Source: Amoebidium appalachense
Lineage: Eukaryota > Protista > Ichthyosporea
DNA: 64,000 nucleotides
Direction: 5' to 3'
NCBI GenBank assembly: GCA_963693365.1
Contig: CAVNZM010000003.1
Coordinates: 8,179,312 to 8,243,311 of the forward strand
Positions 23,042-36,470 of this stretch are shown here, piece by piece. The stretch's first letter is position 1, and each line of letters starts with the position of its first letter. Position numbers and translations under genes: made by a program. The notes beneath the pieces were generated by a model. It saw only the letters and a list, made by a program, of their open reading frames with translations. It did not search any database and was not told the origin of the DNA.

Positions 23042-23700
23042 CATGTGCAGTGTCTGCGTGTGTGTATTTTTCTTTCTTTTTTTTTTGGGGGGGGGGAGGG
23101 GGGGGGGGGGGGGGAGAAGGGGGAGATTCGTTTACTAGTTGCAGATCCCGTTGACCGTGCCTTAGTCAGTGTAGTTTGTGTATTTGCACCCGAAGTTGCT
23201 AGTATATATGCTCATGGGCATACCTGTGTGTTTCGGCCTGCGGCTTTTCTGACTGTTAAACATACGTCTCACACTTTCTTTGATTATGTTTGTTTGCAGG
23301 ATATGATGAGCCGAGGGAAGTAGTTTTGCTATCACAGTTGTCTGCTTGATAGAACCTGTGCTGCTCACACACACACCTTTTTTGATATGAAGGCGGTTGT
23401 GTTTTTTCCAATAAGCCTTCGACTACAAATGTCTCTCTCCTTGGTTTTTGCCGCGTGAACATAAAGGGCAAGCAGGGAGCATGGCTTGGTGGGAGGAAAG
23501 TGTTAGCTCTCGTGTCTAATACACTCCTTCGTTTCCACTCCCACCCCCCCCATTTTCTCCTCCGTGCACAGCCAAACCTCGCACGCACACTTGTGTGCTT
23601 CCCTCCTCCCTCCCACACACACCCATGCACAGACGTCCTTGGCCGCGCACGCACACCATACACACAATCACACACACACACACACACACACGAACACACA

Positions 23701-23739
<39 letters not shown>

Positions 23740-23748
23740 ACACACACA

Positions 23749-23779
<31 letters not shown>

Positions 23780-24032
23780 GTACACACTACAGAGGTGCAC
23801 TCGTACCTGCGCACCCACACAGAACCGGATGTGAACATCGTCTGTTTCTCCCTCACCAACCCGGTGACGTTCAACGGGTGAGTGCTCTGTTTGGGCTTGT
23901 GACATTATTCCACCCAAAGGAGTCACAGTAGTGCGCGCGCGTGCGTGTGTGTGTGTGCGTGTGTTGGTGCGTGGGTGCGTGGGTGCGTGTGGGTGTGCGT
24001 GTGTGTGTGCGTGTGCGTGCGTGCGTGCGCGC

Positions 24033-24067
<35 letters not shown>

Positions 24068-24706
24068 TGTGCGGGCACGGGTGTGTGTGTATGCGTGCAC
24101 AACATGTGTGTATGTGTGTGCACACACGTGTTCGTATGTGGGGTGTCACATAGTCTGTGAGTGTGTATGTATGAGCATAATAAATGCATAATACGTACGT
24201 GCTCAAAAGTGGAAGGCAGTGGAATGCAGCGACTTATGCATTCCATTTATTTTGACAATCAGTTGCGCGCCGACTTACCGCAATATATAGAACACCCAGA
24301 TTCATGATCATAGCAAGCACTATAGTGTCGTATTGCACCGACTTACGTAAGTCTTGCAGTGTGCAGGAGTGGGTGGATGCCCTGCATGCCCAGGCCCCCC
24401 ACACCCCTGTCATGCTTGTGGCTCTCCAGGTAATCCCCCCCCCCCCCCCCCCCCTCCGCCTTCAGAAAAAAAAAAAAGAGAGAATGCGCAGAGTCACGCA
24501 CGCACACGCACACGCACACGCATGTGCGCACGTAAAGTACACCCCCCCACACACACATGCACACATGCACAGCAACCACATAAACTTCCTCCCCGCGCCG
24601 TTCCCTACCCGGAGTAAAAAAGTTGTCACACATGCACATAGGGGCTGGAGGAATTTTGGTGCAGTGCGTGTGTCTGTGCGGTTTGGGTGTTGTTGCATTT
24701 CTCTTT

Positions 24707-24759
<53 letters not shown>

Positions 24760-25206
24760 TTGGCCGTTTTTTTCTGTCAAGGGGAGTTCTTTGTTGGCCC
24801 TTCCGGTTAGGCATATATCGGATGAAATGAGATGTGGCGTTGGGGAGGGGAAGGGGTTCATTTTCGTCTGAGGCTGAAATTCATTTGCTGTGCAGCTCGA
24901 CAGTCGGGACGATGGGCCGCTGAAGGAGCAATTTGCAGCCATGGATCCCCCCCAACACATCAGCACCGCCGAGGAGGGCTTGCAGCTGGCAAAGGTGAGG
25001 AATCCCCCCCCCCCTCCCCCCCCCCTCCCCCCCCCCCCCCCTCCCCCTCCCCCCCCCTCCCCCCCCCCCCCGTGGCCCCACAAGAGGAAAGATGGAGGGC
25101 AAAAAAGACGAGCTTTGGAATCACACACACACAGTCTTAGGAGAGGGGAAAACTGTGTACCCTTGTTTTTTGGGGGGGGGGAGAGAGAGAGGGAGGGAGG
25201 GAGGGG

Positions 25207-25255
<49 letters not shown>

Positions 25256-25387
25256 GGAGGGGGGAGGGGGAGGGGGAGGGAGGGAGGGAGAGAGAGGGAG
25301 AGAGGGAGAGAGAGGGGGGGGGGGGGGGGGGGAGGGGGGAGGGGGGGGGGGGCAGGGAGAGAGGGAGAGAGGGAGGCGGGGAGGGAG

Positions 25388-25472
<85 letters not shown>

Positions 25473-25662
25473 AGAGGGAGGGAGGGAGAGAGAGAGAGCA
25501 TGGGCCTGACATTCCTGTTCTCTGCAGCGAACTGGTGCTGTTGCATATTTTGAGGTGTCGGCCCGAGAGAGGAGGGGCCTGACCCAGCTACTCCGTGCTA
25601 TGTACGTGTGTGCTTGGAACGCACGGCAACACAAGCACAGGCAGATACTGTTCCACTTCTGA
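21450..25662 (+). CDS. F-box domain fused to an atypical Rho-family GTPase domain, 6 exons
   Basis: Exons 21450-21932, 22614-22764, 23793-23877, 24360-24429, 24896-24994, 25528-25662 splice in phase. F-box: [43 protein letters not shown]. GTPase: [91 protein letters not shown]. Confidence 0.88.
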
Positions 25663-27758
25663 TGATGGAGAGGGAGCGGTGATGGAAATGAGGGAGGCGA
25701 AGAGGAAAAGAGGTGGAATTAGCTGACAGTGGACGCTCTTTTCTTTTTTTTTTTTCGCGCGGGGGGAGGGGGGGGGGGGGGGGGGGGGAAGGGGGGAGGG
25801 GGGGGGAAGGGGGGAGGAGTTAATGTTTTTTGTCGAACGTGATACGCGCAAATGGATGTATGGAAAATGGAGGATTCGAGAAGTGAGATGGTAAGAATGT
25901 GTGGGTACGCGAGAAATGTTGGGTGTGTGGGGTCCCAAGGGGGGAAAGAGTTGGATCACCCGGTTTGTGAGAGGTGTTTTTTTAGAGGCATTTTTTCGGT
26001 CGGGCAACAAACGAATTTTTTTATTATCTATTTGACTATGTCAAAGTGAAAGTGACGCTTGAAGGGCTTTGTAAGTGGGTTGGAATGACGAAGGCCCCGG
26101 GGTTTTTTTTGCCCGGGTTTTTTTTTACGGGAACTTACGGGACATGTGTGTTGATGAGTCACAGATTGTTGTCCTGTTTGAAAGCTGCTAGTTGTATGTG
26201 CTGATTGCATTTGCTAACACTCATGTACTGCTTGGGGCGGTGTATTAGAATTATGGCCTAGTAGACAACAGACAGTTACGCGCCCTGCACACACGCACAC
26301 AAACACGTCGCACACACACAAATGCGCGCACGAACAGACATGCGCGCACACATGCACACGTGCGCATGTGTGCGCAGACAGATCCCCCAAGGCTTGTTTC
26401 AGAATGCGACATTTTTTTTTGTGCGCTGTTGATTCTAAGGAAGTGTGTGTACAATAGATATAAACGTGTTTGGTTACTTCCCTCCCTTTTTTTGAACTAT
26501 CATTATTTTTTCTACTGTGTTGTTACGGCAGGAGTATTTTCTCTAATTTGCCATGACGTTTCAAATAATGGTAGTTGTATGGTGTGAATACCATAGTTTT
26601 TTTGGTGGAGACAGAAAATGATTCGCTGTGAGATGTATATGGTCTATGAAGGAAACCAATGATTTGGCTGGTCCTTAATGATCGTTTCTACATCATTTCA
26701 AATATTTGTATGATGTGAAATGCCATAATTGGTTTGTGAAGTCGAGAAATGATTGGTTGTAGGACATATAAGTGTGCATGGGAACACCTGCACTCAGGGG
26801 GGATATGGGCTGTCACGTGTTGCCGTGGTGTGCACGACGTGTTATCTATTTACATATATACAAGATACTGTTGGCCAGTGGCCACAAATACCATAAGAAG
26901 GCTTTTTATTAAAAGAGTGCACGCGTACGCGTGCGCAATCTGTATGATATGAGATATGTGGGCCAAAGACTTGGTGGTGGTGCATGTGATTATATGCGTA
27001 GGCATCACTGAGTCGCATTAATATTATCGATTTTGCACACTTCCGTAACTTATGGGTGGTCCGATGAGACCAGTTTCGATCGCAATCTAAACCAATAGCA
27101 CATATAGCCCTCGTGTCTGTCCGGCCGTTGTGGATATGTATGCACGTGTGTGTGTCACACAGAGTCTGTCACGATCGGAGTAAGTGTAGTACCCGTGTGT
27201 GCGCGCAACTACATATATATATTGCGGCCTTTTGTTCAAAGTTTGTTTGTGTTATTGATGTTCATGATGATGTGTGACGGTGTACCGGTGTAGGTAAACA
27301 TAGGCGAGCGCGTGCCCGTGTGTACACGTTGTACGTGCATGCAGGTAGGTCTGGGTATTACCAGGTGAACGCATGACAGGTGTAGCTACTGGACGGACCG
27401 AATTTCAGGTGTGTGTGTGTGCGCGCGCGCGTGCGTGCGTGGTGGTGGTGGCTTATATTTATTATAAATTTCGTCATATGCATCCAAGGGGGCGACCGGT
27501 GCAAAGCCAGACGATTTGAAGTAACATACTATTATATGGCCAGACTGTCACGGTCACTTCTTCGTGCTAACACAACTTTGTGATGCAATAAGGTACCGCA
27601 CGTGTGCATTTACTAACTAGTTTTAAACGAACCACCGATAAAAAAGCCCTCAAACCCCATGTGATTCACCTACTCTGATCATCAGAATTAAAGCTCAATA
27701 CATTTCATATCAACGATACCAATAGACACACGTGCCTCCCCCCCCCCCCCCCCCCCCG

Positions 27759-27794
<36 letters not shown>

Positions 27795-27979
27795 CGTAAC
27801 CGTGCCCACATTTGGTTTGAATATCCCCCCCCCCCCCCCCCCCCCAACCACCACCACCACCACCACCACCACCCTGCCAACTATCTTAACCTCTCAATTC
27901 CAAATATCGTCAACAGGGTCGTGGGCAAGTTTGCCGAGTCATTCTAATCACTGCCAGCATCCAATGTGAAGTTCGAGTG

Positions 27980-28295
27980 TTAGCGCCTGTTGTAGTTGAA
28001 GGAGCAGCGCAGGAGGTACTTGATGCGGATCTGGGATACGTCGTACACAATGTACTGCACAACTGCTTATTAGTGTACTTGCACGACATCTGCACATGCA
28101 CATACACACGTGCACATGCTCACACATGAACGCACGCACAAACGCACAGTGTCACACACACATTCATACACGCACGCATGCACGCGCGTGCGCGCACACA
28201 CTCACACCTGCATGCACACACACACAACCACACACACACATACACAAACACACAAACACACACACACGCACACACACACACACGCACACACACAT

Positions 28296-28345
<50 letters not shown>

Positions 28346-29150
28346 TCACACGTATACATACACCCACACACCCACACCCACTCGTCCCTAGTCGCAAACC
28401 ACACAAGCAAATCACACACATCACACACACAACCCTACATTCTACCTTACATCATGGTTCCGCATTTTACTCCAACCCACAAAAATCCCCCCCCCCCCCC
28501 CCCCCCCCCCCGCAAAAAAAAAAAATGTCTGGCTGCTGGAAGGCAACAGCAGCAGGTGTGACAACAGTGGCTGTTGCTTCCTTTGAGCACGATGTTGTCT
28601 TCTTGAAAAATGTGTCTTAACGTGGTGTGTGTGTGTGCGCACGTGCATGCACATGTGTGTGCAGGCACTGATGCGCACTCCTTTATTTCTTCTCTGTTCT
28701 TCCTTTGTCCCTCTCCCCCTCTCTCCCCCCCCCTCCCCCCCTCCTTCCCTCCCCCCCCCCCCCCCAAAGCATCTCTTCTCCCCCCCCCCCCCCCCCCCCT
28801 CTCTCCCTCCCCCTACCATCTATAAACGAATCGACGTGCAAATCATATACATACACGAATATCTGTCCACACCATCCCAGCACACACACATATGATCCAC
28901 ACACCTCGTTATACTGCAGAGAATAGCCCTTAGGGTTATTCACCCCCGTGTCCACACTTGCACCCATAGGCACCGTCACATTGCCCAACTTTTTGCACCC
29001 CTTCGGGTCCGGTGCGGTCTTGCCCAGTCCCTTTGTGCTGTGGCACCCGGGGGGCAAGCGATCTGCGTTGTAATCGGCATCTAAAAGTTCGTTGGGTTTG
29101 CCCAGTGCTACCTCACAAAGGAGAAGGAGGCCCTGATGCGGTGTGTGTGT

Positions 29151-29195
<45 letters not shown>

Positions 29196-29352
29196 TGGGT
29201 GGGTGGGTGGGTGGATGGGTGTTGGGGGGGGGGGGGGAGGGGGGAGTTGTGTGTGTGCGTGGGGGGGGGGGGGGGGGGGGAGGCGGGAGGCGGGAGGGGG
29301 GAGTTGTGTGTGTGTGTGTGTGTGTGTGTGTGGGGGGGGGGGGGGGAGGGGG

Positions 29353-29394
<42 letters not shown>

Positions 29395-30419
29395 GAGAGA
29401 GAGAGAGAGAGAGTGTGTGTGTGTGTGTGGGTGGGTGGGGGGGGGGGAGGGGGGGGGGAGGGGTTTGAGGGAAGAGGGGGAAGGGGGGAAGGGGAAGGGG
29501 TGGTTAGCGTGCGAAAGAGATTACATTTGTCACAGACAACACAACGCTGTTACGCAGTTTGCAAAACCGTTACATATAAAAGATGGTTCCAAAGACATAG
29601 GTGATCCTCACGGGGGCCCTAGAAAGACCAATCTGCGCCGCGATGTAAACAGTATGACCAAGCGAGTCATATGTGGAATGTGTGGTGGTTCAAGGGGGAT
29701 AGGTGGGTTTGCAGTGTGCTAGGAGATGGTGTGCGCAGTTACCATCAGCCAAGACGAGGCACAAGAAGAAAACCGAAAAAACAAAAACATTTAAACAAAC
29801 AAAACAAAAACAATGAAACAGCTGTTTTGCCCTCCCAGCCGAACACCTTCTCTCCCTTTCTCCCCCCCCCCCCCCCCCCCCCTGGCCGCCACCCTTCCTC
29901 CTGTTTTTTCATTCATGTGTGCGTGTGCGTGCATATGGAGCGGGAAAGAGGGGGAGGAGGGGGGGGGTGGGGGGGGGAGAAGGGGGAATGGGGTGAACAG
30001 TGCATCAATGAGATAGTGTGCTGTGAAAGAGGGGGGATGGTATACGCACGGTGTTGTTTGATGGGGTGGCAAAGCAGTAGTTTGCGCTCTTGGTCACCAT
30101 GTCGGCAAAGTACACCCCTGAAGGCAGTATATAATATATCAGCACTCAGGCACACACATTGGAAAGGGGGTTGCTAGAATATGTTGGAATATGGTGGGCT
30201 GGCGAGGTGCAAAACCACAAAAGAAAGCATTATTACTATACAGATTATGTTATAACAACGGATGACTTAGCAAAAATGCAAGGTATGCCCATCCTTCAGA
30301 CTGGGTTTCACTTAACTCACGCTCTCAAAACCCAACTCAGATACCTGTTCATCTAAAGAAATTTGCCGTGGGGTGGGTGGGTGAGGGGTGGGATGGAGAG
30401 GGAGAGGGGAAGGGGGGAA

Positions 30420-30455
<36 letters not shown>

Positions 30456-30773
30456 GAGGGGGGGGGAGAAGGGGGGAGTGACCGAAATGGGTGTGCTTCT
30501 GTTTGAAGTGCACAACTCTGGTTGCACACTGGCAACGAGAGACGGCCAAAAGAACATTTTTGTTGACACCGAGCTCCATACAAACATGCAAAGGTAAGGC
30601 CTTCTGCAAAGCTCCCTCCTCATACACAGCCGTTCATCTGCTCACTTGGCCACATGTGCACACGCTGCCACCCTACAACAAAAATCTGTTGCCATAGGGA
30701 GAAGTGAGCAAACGTGAGGATAAGAATGCTTAGTGAACACGGAGCAGGGAGTGTGTGTGTGTGTGTTGGGGCG

Positions 30774-30818
<45 letters not shown>

Positions 30819-31319
30819 CGCTAACCCTTTCCGAACATGTAGCCTGTGACGGGTGCTTCGGGCTGTGTGGGATAAGATTTGGTCAGAAAGAAAAAAAAAA
30901 CATTGTTCGTATAGTTTGAAAGGCTGCAGGTTGAAGTGGTTCCAAAGAATTCAAGCATGTGAAGCACACAAACCAGACTCTCTGTACACACGGGCATGTG
31001 CATCTTGGCATGTTCGGTTTTCTGCATACTCAAATGGTTTATAGTTTGCTGGTCCGTTTGCCCCCCCCCCCCCTCCCCCCCCCCCCCCCCCCCCCCGCCC
31101 CCCCCCCCCATCCCCCCCCCCGCCCCCACCACCACCACCACCAAAATACACACACACACACACAAAGAATGCCCACCACACATGGGCACGCATGAAACAC
31201 ATACACACACTCTCTCACACGCGCACACACACACACCTCATTTCCTTAAACCCTCAAACAGTGTTAGGTTCAAACTCTAGCAAGATTGTGTGTGTTTGTG
31301 TGTGTGTGGGTGGGTGGGT

Positions 31320-31354
<35 letters not shown>

Positions 31355-32359
31355 GGGGGGGAGGGGGGGGGGAGGGGGGAGGGGATATCTACCGGGGCGA
31401 TTCTTAGGCCCTGGCTCAGAATGCCGACAAAGTTTGTCAGCCTGGAGCCGTGCCACAACAGCTGCACATTGCCCACCTGGTGTTTGAACCGCTCAGGCTC
31501 ACCACGCCTGTGTGTGTGTGTGTGTGTGCGTGTGCGCGCGCACGCGCGCACGTGCGCGTGCGCAAAAGTGCGTGCGTGTGTGTGCATGACTTGGTGGTAG
31601 GATAAAGGGGGAAGGAAAGCGGCAGTACTGGAAGAGAAAAAAGGAGAGTGGGGTTTGCCCATGTGACGTTAGTAACGATTTGGAGTGGCAATGAACGGAG
31701 CCGCTGGCCGTCTCAGCCGAAGTAACACAGAAAAACTTCGGAATGCAAGGGAAAGGAGGGATATCATTGGAAAGGGAGGAGAGCTGGATGCAGAATGCTG
31801 GGGGGTTGGGGTGTTTTGGTGGGTTGGTGGGGGTGGGGGGGGGAATGGGCTATTATCCGCAGACTAGGAGCACAAGGAAGGAGAATACTGCCGATCTCTA
31901 ACAAAGGGTGGGATGTGTGTTGGGGAGAGGGAGGGGGAAGGGAGGTGGAGAAACAGTAACAGAAAGAGTGAGGGGGTAGGGGGGGGGGGGGGGGGGGGGG
32001 GGAGTTGGGTGGAGGGAAGGGGCAGGAGAGAGAGCGAGAAAGGTAGGGGAGAGGGAAAAGCGAGAAGTGGGGAAGAGAGGGGGAGTTTTTTTTATTTGGG
32101 GGGGGGGGGGGGGGGGAGGCAGGGAGGGAGGCATTACCTGTCGACAGCAAACAAATCTTGCAGCTCGAGGGTGTACTGTGCGTGTGTGTGGCCGTGTGTG
32201 TTCTTGAGATAGTCCTTGACAATCTGGTACTCTTGGGCCGTGGGGGCAACAGGCCGAATATCGGCATTGAGTTGGTGGTAGCGGGCATCGATTGGGTTCT
32301 CCGTGATGATTTTGGACGCATCTTTAAGCACTTTCATGGCGATCTCGATGTCCCCGAGG

Positions 32360-32410
<51 letters not shown>

Positions 32411-32522
32411 TTGTGTGTGTACGGTAGGTAAGTTCACGGTGAAGGATAAGTTTTCGTTTTCTTCATTTTTTTTTACATTTATTAGTAGTATTATTATTAG
32501 TATTGTTATTGTTATTGTTATT

Positions 32523-32560
<38 letters not shown>

Positions 32561-32694
32561 AAGGTATTTGTGTGTAATATTGTGAAAAGTCTCATGGTTT
32601 GCCTAGGCCAGAAAGTCACACACGCGACAGTGAGTTCATGCACAACAGAAACATCCTGGAGGGAAAGCAATCCCCATTCCCCCTCAAATCCCCC

Positions 32695-32730
<36 letters not shown>

Positions 32731-33011
32731 GTGGGGGGGGGGGGGGGGGGATGAACCGAATAATAAGCTCAAAGGTAGAGAGAAATTGCAATTGTTACCG
32801 GTATCATTGAGGCTCAGCAAACCAAGCAGCATATGGATGTAAGTAGCCATGTCTGCATCATGGATCACATGAAGACCACTACAAACAACCATCGTCGGTG
32901 GAACCCCCCCCCTCTCCCCCTCCCCCCCCCCCTCCCTCCCCTTCTCACTCATTCACTCACTCACTTTTTTCTTACCAGTAAAACTATTATTATTATTATT
33001 ATTATTTGGGG

Positions 33012-33052
<41 letters not shown>

Positions 33053-33762
33053 GCTCTGAAAGATACCTCGAGCAGCTCCAGCTTGCCCTTGACTGTCTCC
33101 ATATCGGTGATCAGGGGGGCTTGGCCATGCCGAAATCGTGGGGGATACGCGTGTAGAACAGGTTGCAGGCATCCGTGAGTTCCCGTCTGAAGGGGGGGGG
33201 GAGGGGGGAGGGGGGGGGGGGGGGGAGTTGGGATGTAGGAGTTAGATATTGGTAATTATGGAAGCAACGACATTATAAATTCACGAAAAACGACATGAAA
33301 ACGTGGACGCAGAAGAGTCCCTCAGGCTTTAGCACAACTTATTTATCTCATATCTGGGGGGGCACCTCCATCAAGGGGGGGGGGGGGGGGGGAGGGGAGG
33401 GGGGCACATTGGTACGTCCAGAGAGGGGCGGGTGTAGGGTGGGGGGAGGAGGGAGGGTGGGACGGAGGGAGGAAGAAAGGGAGAGAGGGAGGGAGGGAGG
33501 GGAGGGGAGGGGAAAGGGAGGGAGAGAGAGAGGTGGTGGTGGTGGTGGGGGGTGGGAGGGGGAAGGAGAGGGGGGCGAGCAGGACGAAGAGGATTAGGGG
33601 GGAGCCCTGGGCGCAGATATGCATACACTTGAGACACATCCAAATTCCCTTCCTCTTCCCCCACAATTGTTACGTCTTTCTTTCTTCTTTTCTTTTCTTT
33701 TTATTTCTTACATATATACATACACTTTGGTGGTGGTGGTGGTAGTGGTGGTGGTGGTGGGG

Positions 33763-33798
<36 letters not shown>

Positions 33799-34125
33799 CA
33801 GACTAGCGCAATAGAGGATGAAGGACACTGTCTGACATTGTGTGGGGTGTGTGTGATTTGGTTGTTTTGGGCGCCTGCCAAGTGAAAGTGCAATTGGACA
33901 GAGATGAAGGTACAGAAGCGACAAGGCATACAGAGACCATTGGCCAAAGGGGGGAGGGGGGGGGGGGGGGGAGAGAGAGAGAGAGAGAGAGAGAGGAGGG
34001 GAGGGGTTGGAAAAAAGTGGGGAAATAGATGTATGCATGTGTGTTTGGGTGTGTGTGCGCTTGGGGGAGGGATGGGGGGTGGGTGGGTGAGTAGGGGAGT
34101 GGTTGGGTGGTGGTGGTGTGTGTGT

Positions 34126-34187
<62 letters not shown>

Positions 34188-35077
34188 GGGGCGGGCGGCA
34201 TTTACCCTGAGTACTTTCCGGCCTGGATGAGAGTTTCAATGGCTTTCAGTGCTTCGTACCCTTTTTGCACCTGCGCTTTCGTCAACTTGCCTGTGTGTGT
34301 GTGTTTGTGTGTGTGTATGTGTGTGTGTGTGTATGTGTTCAAGAACAGGGGAAGTGCAGAGGTTGTTGGTGAGCCACAGAAAAGAAAAGTGAAAAGGGGT
34401 GGGGAAGAGAGGGGGGAAGGGGGGAGCGGGGCACTTTGGAAAGCATGAAGTAAAAGATGGGGGGGGGGGGGGGGGGGGGGGGCACTCAAATAGGGCTCAG
34501 CAGGGGGGGGGAGGGGGGGGCTGGGGAGGTGGTGTGTAGTCGTTCGTCGGGAGGAAGGGGGGAGGAGGGGGGGGGATGGGGGTTTGAAAAGGGAAGGATG
34601 TCGGCTGGACGGGAGAAAATGGTAGAGAAAAGCCCCAGTGGAACTGAGTTTCTTGTTGATATGTCAAACGATGATTAAAACAAGCAGCTGCATACTCCTA
34701 CTTTATTAGTTGTTTTATAAAAAAAAAATTTGCGCGTCAAAACTTCCGGCCCAAACTTCTATATTTGGCTAATCGGTGCGATCGCGCGCAAATAATCGGT
34801 CCATACAAAAAAATTTGAGATTGCAATATTTCTACTTTTTCAGTTGTTTTTATGCCTTTAAAGCTATGTCATATATTATGAACACAGCCACATTGCATAA
34901 CTGGGAACCTGGATATGTTATATCAAACTAGAAGTATGACTGTGTATGACTATTTCTGTGGAAAATCCACGAAAAAGAAAAGAAGGGGCTTACCTAGGGG
35001 CATCTTGTTTGCGTCGTATTTCATTTCCAACACGGTTTGCTCGTAGGTCTTCACGTTGCAGATCAGCTGGATCAGCG

Positions 35078-35117
<40 letters not shown>

Positions 35118-36084
35118 CGTGTGTGTGTGTGTGTGTTTACCAGCAGGTGCGTGCTTTGAAAAATACAATCTTGTTTATTTTCCATTGTTGAGTTCTCTAG
35201 GCATAATGCATTACGGGTTGACAAACAATGAACGAATTAATCAAGAATGCAATTGCATTCTTCATGCCACACCTATATTATTACTTTTTAAGTCGTTTTA
35301 ATATCTAAATAGCTATGCATACATTATGAACTTAGTTACATTGCATAACTGGGAACCAGCATATGTTATCATATGTTCATATCAACACCACACACCCATA
35401 ATCACACCACAGAAGCACAACCACTCGATGCCACATCACACATTCCAGCTCTAGACCATACTCACGCAGAGTGAAACCCTTACGTACCAATCCCAATCCA
35501 ACCACACCGTTGCCTATTTTCCCCTACCCCTAATCCCCTACTGTTCCCTTCAAACACATACCCGTTTGATGCACAAACCCTATTCAGCCCCCCCCCCCCC
35601 CCCCCCCCCCCCCCCTCTCTCTCTCCTTGCCCCACACCCCTACCTCACCCCACATCCCCACCCCCCTTACACACACACACACAACTTGGTTCGCCCGCCT
35701 CCTATTCCCCTCCAACCCACCACATACCTGGACAGACTCTGGGAGTGTAGATTTGACCTCGTGCTTGGGCTCATCTTTCTTGGCTGGTGTGGCCTAACCA
35801 ACGGTATTTGTCAACACACAAGGATTTTCATTAAGGTATATTATGATTTATGCTTTAAGTAAACATCCAATGCACATCTGCTTGATTACCGATGTTTGGT
35901 GATACAATCAATGCGAACTTCGCGGATGCATGCGGCTATCAACTGAAATTTCTCTTGCAGGGACAAAGAAGGCATGTCGGGGCTCTTAATGTGGTACCGG
36001 TTCGATGTGGCAGCCGGGGAGAGGTAAGGAAGGGCAGACCAAGGGGGAAAGTAGCAAGACGTGTGTGGTGGAGAAAAAGGTTGT

Positions 36085-36150
<66 letters not shown>

Positions 36151-36390
36151 GGAGGGAGGGAGGGGGGGGGGGGGGAGGGGGGAGGTACTGGTGCAGCAGG
36201 CTCATCCTCGTCTTCCACGGTGGTTTCGACCAGATCATACTTGCCCGGCACAAACACAAAGTTGGCTCGGTCGGAGAACTGGTTGCGGGTCTTGTCGTAG
36301 AATCTGAAAAGGGAAGTGGGGGGGAAGGACGGGGGGGGGGGAGGGGGGGGGGTAGGTGGGTTGATTACGATGGAGGGTGTTGGTGGTTGT

Positions 36391-36470
<80 letters not shown>

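Noticed and set aside
23300-23319. Possible micro-exon (YDEPRE) in the Rho domain
   Set aside because: Exon 22614-22764 already joins 23793 in phase, and including this piece would break the frame.
34862-35370. ~60-bp direct repeats flanking PARP exon 35078-34994 as a mobile-exon signature
   Set aside because: The copies are diverged and the exon is a conserved part of the regulatory domain. A minor intronic duplication is the simpler explanation.
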